DNA of 64,000 bases, taken from Lama glama. Taxonomy: Eukaryota. A program made the position numbers and the translations under genes. The stretch covers positions 69,380,001-69,444,000 of the forward strand of contig CM052816.1 in NCBI GenBank assembly GCA_028534125.1, read 5' to 3'. Below, one piece after another: positions 62,163 through 64,000 of the stretch; the first letter of the stretch is position 1; each line of letters opens with the position of its first letter. A model generated the notes under the pieces. It worked only from the letters and a program-made list of their open reading frames with translations. It was not told the DNA's origin and ran no database searches.

Positions 62163-62788
62163 AATTATTTTTTAAAAGGCATCATGTGTATACTTTGCTC
62201 CTGAGAGGCCCCACCTGCTTTTTTTGATAACTCAGTGATGGTGTCACGGTTTCTGGAAAGCTTGTAGACAGATTCTCGCTGTGAATTCACTCCCAAGGCC
62301 TTTGCTCTTGGTCTGACAGTGAGTGACAGCACGGGAGGCTGGGGCTCCGAGACACTCCTCAGGCGGCCAGCCTCTGAGCCAGAATCCCGCAGTTGCCTTG
62401 GCAACAGCTGAAGTTTCCTGTCCTGGGCTGAAAAGCGTGATGGCTCTTCATTTGTGAAAAGTCTATTTTACACTCTCAATCTGCCTGGGGCATAGATATG
62501 CCAGGAATGGAACCCTCGAGAGTGGATTTCCTTTGTCTGATTTCGAAAAAGAGGGGAAGATACCTCCAAAAGGAAATGAACAGGAGGCCTGTGCACATCT
62601 CATCCTGGGTACTGGGTTCAAATATGCCAACATAGCCAGAATCTAAGCAGTCAAAGTGGTAAGCTTGCACAGGATTTTGTTTCAGATGCAGCAGGATTTT
62701 TTAGGCCATCACAGAGAGAAAGTCAATTCCTTTTGCAGGGACTCCCTGTGCCATTAGTTGTATTTTTAAACCCTAACACAAAGAGTTT

Positions 62789-62926
62789 CTTTTTTAACTG
62801 AAAAAAAAAAATTGGGAGGGGGTTAGGTTTATTTATTTATTTATTTTAAAATAGAGGTACTGGGGATTGAACCCAGGACCTCTTGCATGCTAAGCACATG
62901 CTCTATCATTGAGCTATACCCTCCCC
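62789..62926 (-). mobile_element. tRNA-Ala-derived SINE (Vic-1-like)
   Basis: Minus strand reads ggggagggtatagctcaatgatagagcatgtgcttagcatgcaagaggtcctgggttcaatccccagtacctc. Short TSD agagttt at 62782-62788 and 62934-62940. Confidence 0.9.
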
Positions 62927-63640
62927 TTCCCCGAGAGTTTTGAAAGAGGAAAAAGTTTAACATCCTTGACTGCATATTTAATTATGCCTAATATATCTGA
63001 AGTCTTCAAGAGCTCAGAGTACTCTCTGAACGTGAGCTTGTACTCATTGGGAACACTTAGGAAGCCCATCAGCTTTGAATTAGACAACAGACATTCTCTC
63101 CCTTTCAGCTTTCTTCTCTAATTGATGCTTCTGTTTGAGCCCAAATAGTTGCAATTTCCTTGATTGTCTCTCCAGACCATTGCTTATTGCAAAGCCCAAA
63201 TGTCTGCCTATCCCAGTTACAGGTATGTAAATAGCATTTAATCTTCCTTCCTTTGAAAAGTAAAGTATGTAGTCTCAACAAACATCCGCCAGATTTTATT
63301 TCAGAACTTGGAAAATAACTGGATTTCCTGCAGCAACAAGATTCACATAATTCTACTCTCCTGTAACCTAAAATCACTAGTGGTGGCCACCCGCTCAAGT
63401 GGTTACATGCACCTGGGCAGGAACAGCTGGGCCATAGTCAGACGGAGGAGAGCACTTGGTACTAAGTCCACCCAGGAGCCTCCCCTGACTCTAACATCCC
63501 GGTCAAATCAGTCTGGTCCTGCCCATCCTTTGATATCAAGGGGAACAAAGCACAAAGACTAAAAAGCAGATTTCATGCTTTTCCTCTCTTCCCTTAACAG
63601 AGGGTGTCAGGGGCTGTAGCACAGTGGGGGAATAATCACA

Positions 63641-63789
63641 AGAGCCCCAGTTGGCAGCAACGAAAGGCTGTGTTGAAGCAGGTTAAGCGCCCAGGGAAAT
63701 GTGATCATGTCTAGAGCCCCTGTTGGCAGCAACGAAAGGCTGTGTTGAAGCAGGTTAAGCGCCCAGGGAAATGTGATCATGTCTAGAGC
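63641..63789. repeat. 72-bp tandem duplication (one mismatch)
   Basis: Copies start at 63641 and 63713 and differ only at 63649/63721 (a/t). The 5-mer agagc recurs at 63785-63789. Confidence 0.95.
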
Positions 63790-64000
63790 AGACTCTGCTC
63801 ACTGGCCTCACACCTCTGTCCTGGTCTGGGATGCGGAAACTTGTTATCTGTTATCTTCTGGGATGCTATACATAACAGATGCTTGAGAAAGGATTCAGTG
63901 CCACGAAGAATCCTACATGGAGGAAAGAGCAGAGAAAATCTGGTCCTTGCCTTTAAGGAACTTCCAAGATGGTTGAGGCGTGTTTGCCCTCAACACACAC

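Overview
Mammalian (eutherian) non-coding genomic DNA, most likely camelid, because it carries five copies of a tRNA-Ala-derived SINE resembling the camelid Vic-1 family and no Alu, Bov-tA or PRE-1 elements that I can recognise. I found no intact protein-coding gene. Nearly all ORFs in the six-frame track are chance ORFs or decayed transposon fragments. The window is dominated by interspersed repeats: a 5.5-kb minus-strand L1 with both ends and a target-site duplication (TSD) but no ORF1 (31006-36494), a full-length Tigger1 (44179-46534), a complete LTR-internal-LTR MaLR element (49215-51490), an ERVL pol fragment lacking the RT core, an ERV1 internal remnant, two ERV1-like solo LTRs, and many MLT1, LTR16, LTR33, MER, MIR, L2 and old L1 fragments. 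The one gene-derived sequence is a processed COX6C pseudogene (minus strand, about 14092-14529), missing from the ORF track and inserted into an MLT1F LTR. Candidate regulatory sequences are a strong CTCF-like motif (30017-30035), a CpG-rich promoter-like patch (about 26040-26460), an octamer/CCAAT-rich solo LTR and a PBX-HOX/MEIS motif cluster. There are also several small rearrangement scars and two assembly gaps. Repeat family names come from recalled consensus sequences and need RepeatMasker/Dfam confirmation. I see no convincing evidence of a novel biological system, and the findings below are modest.
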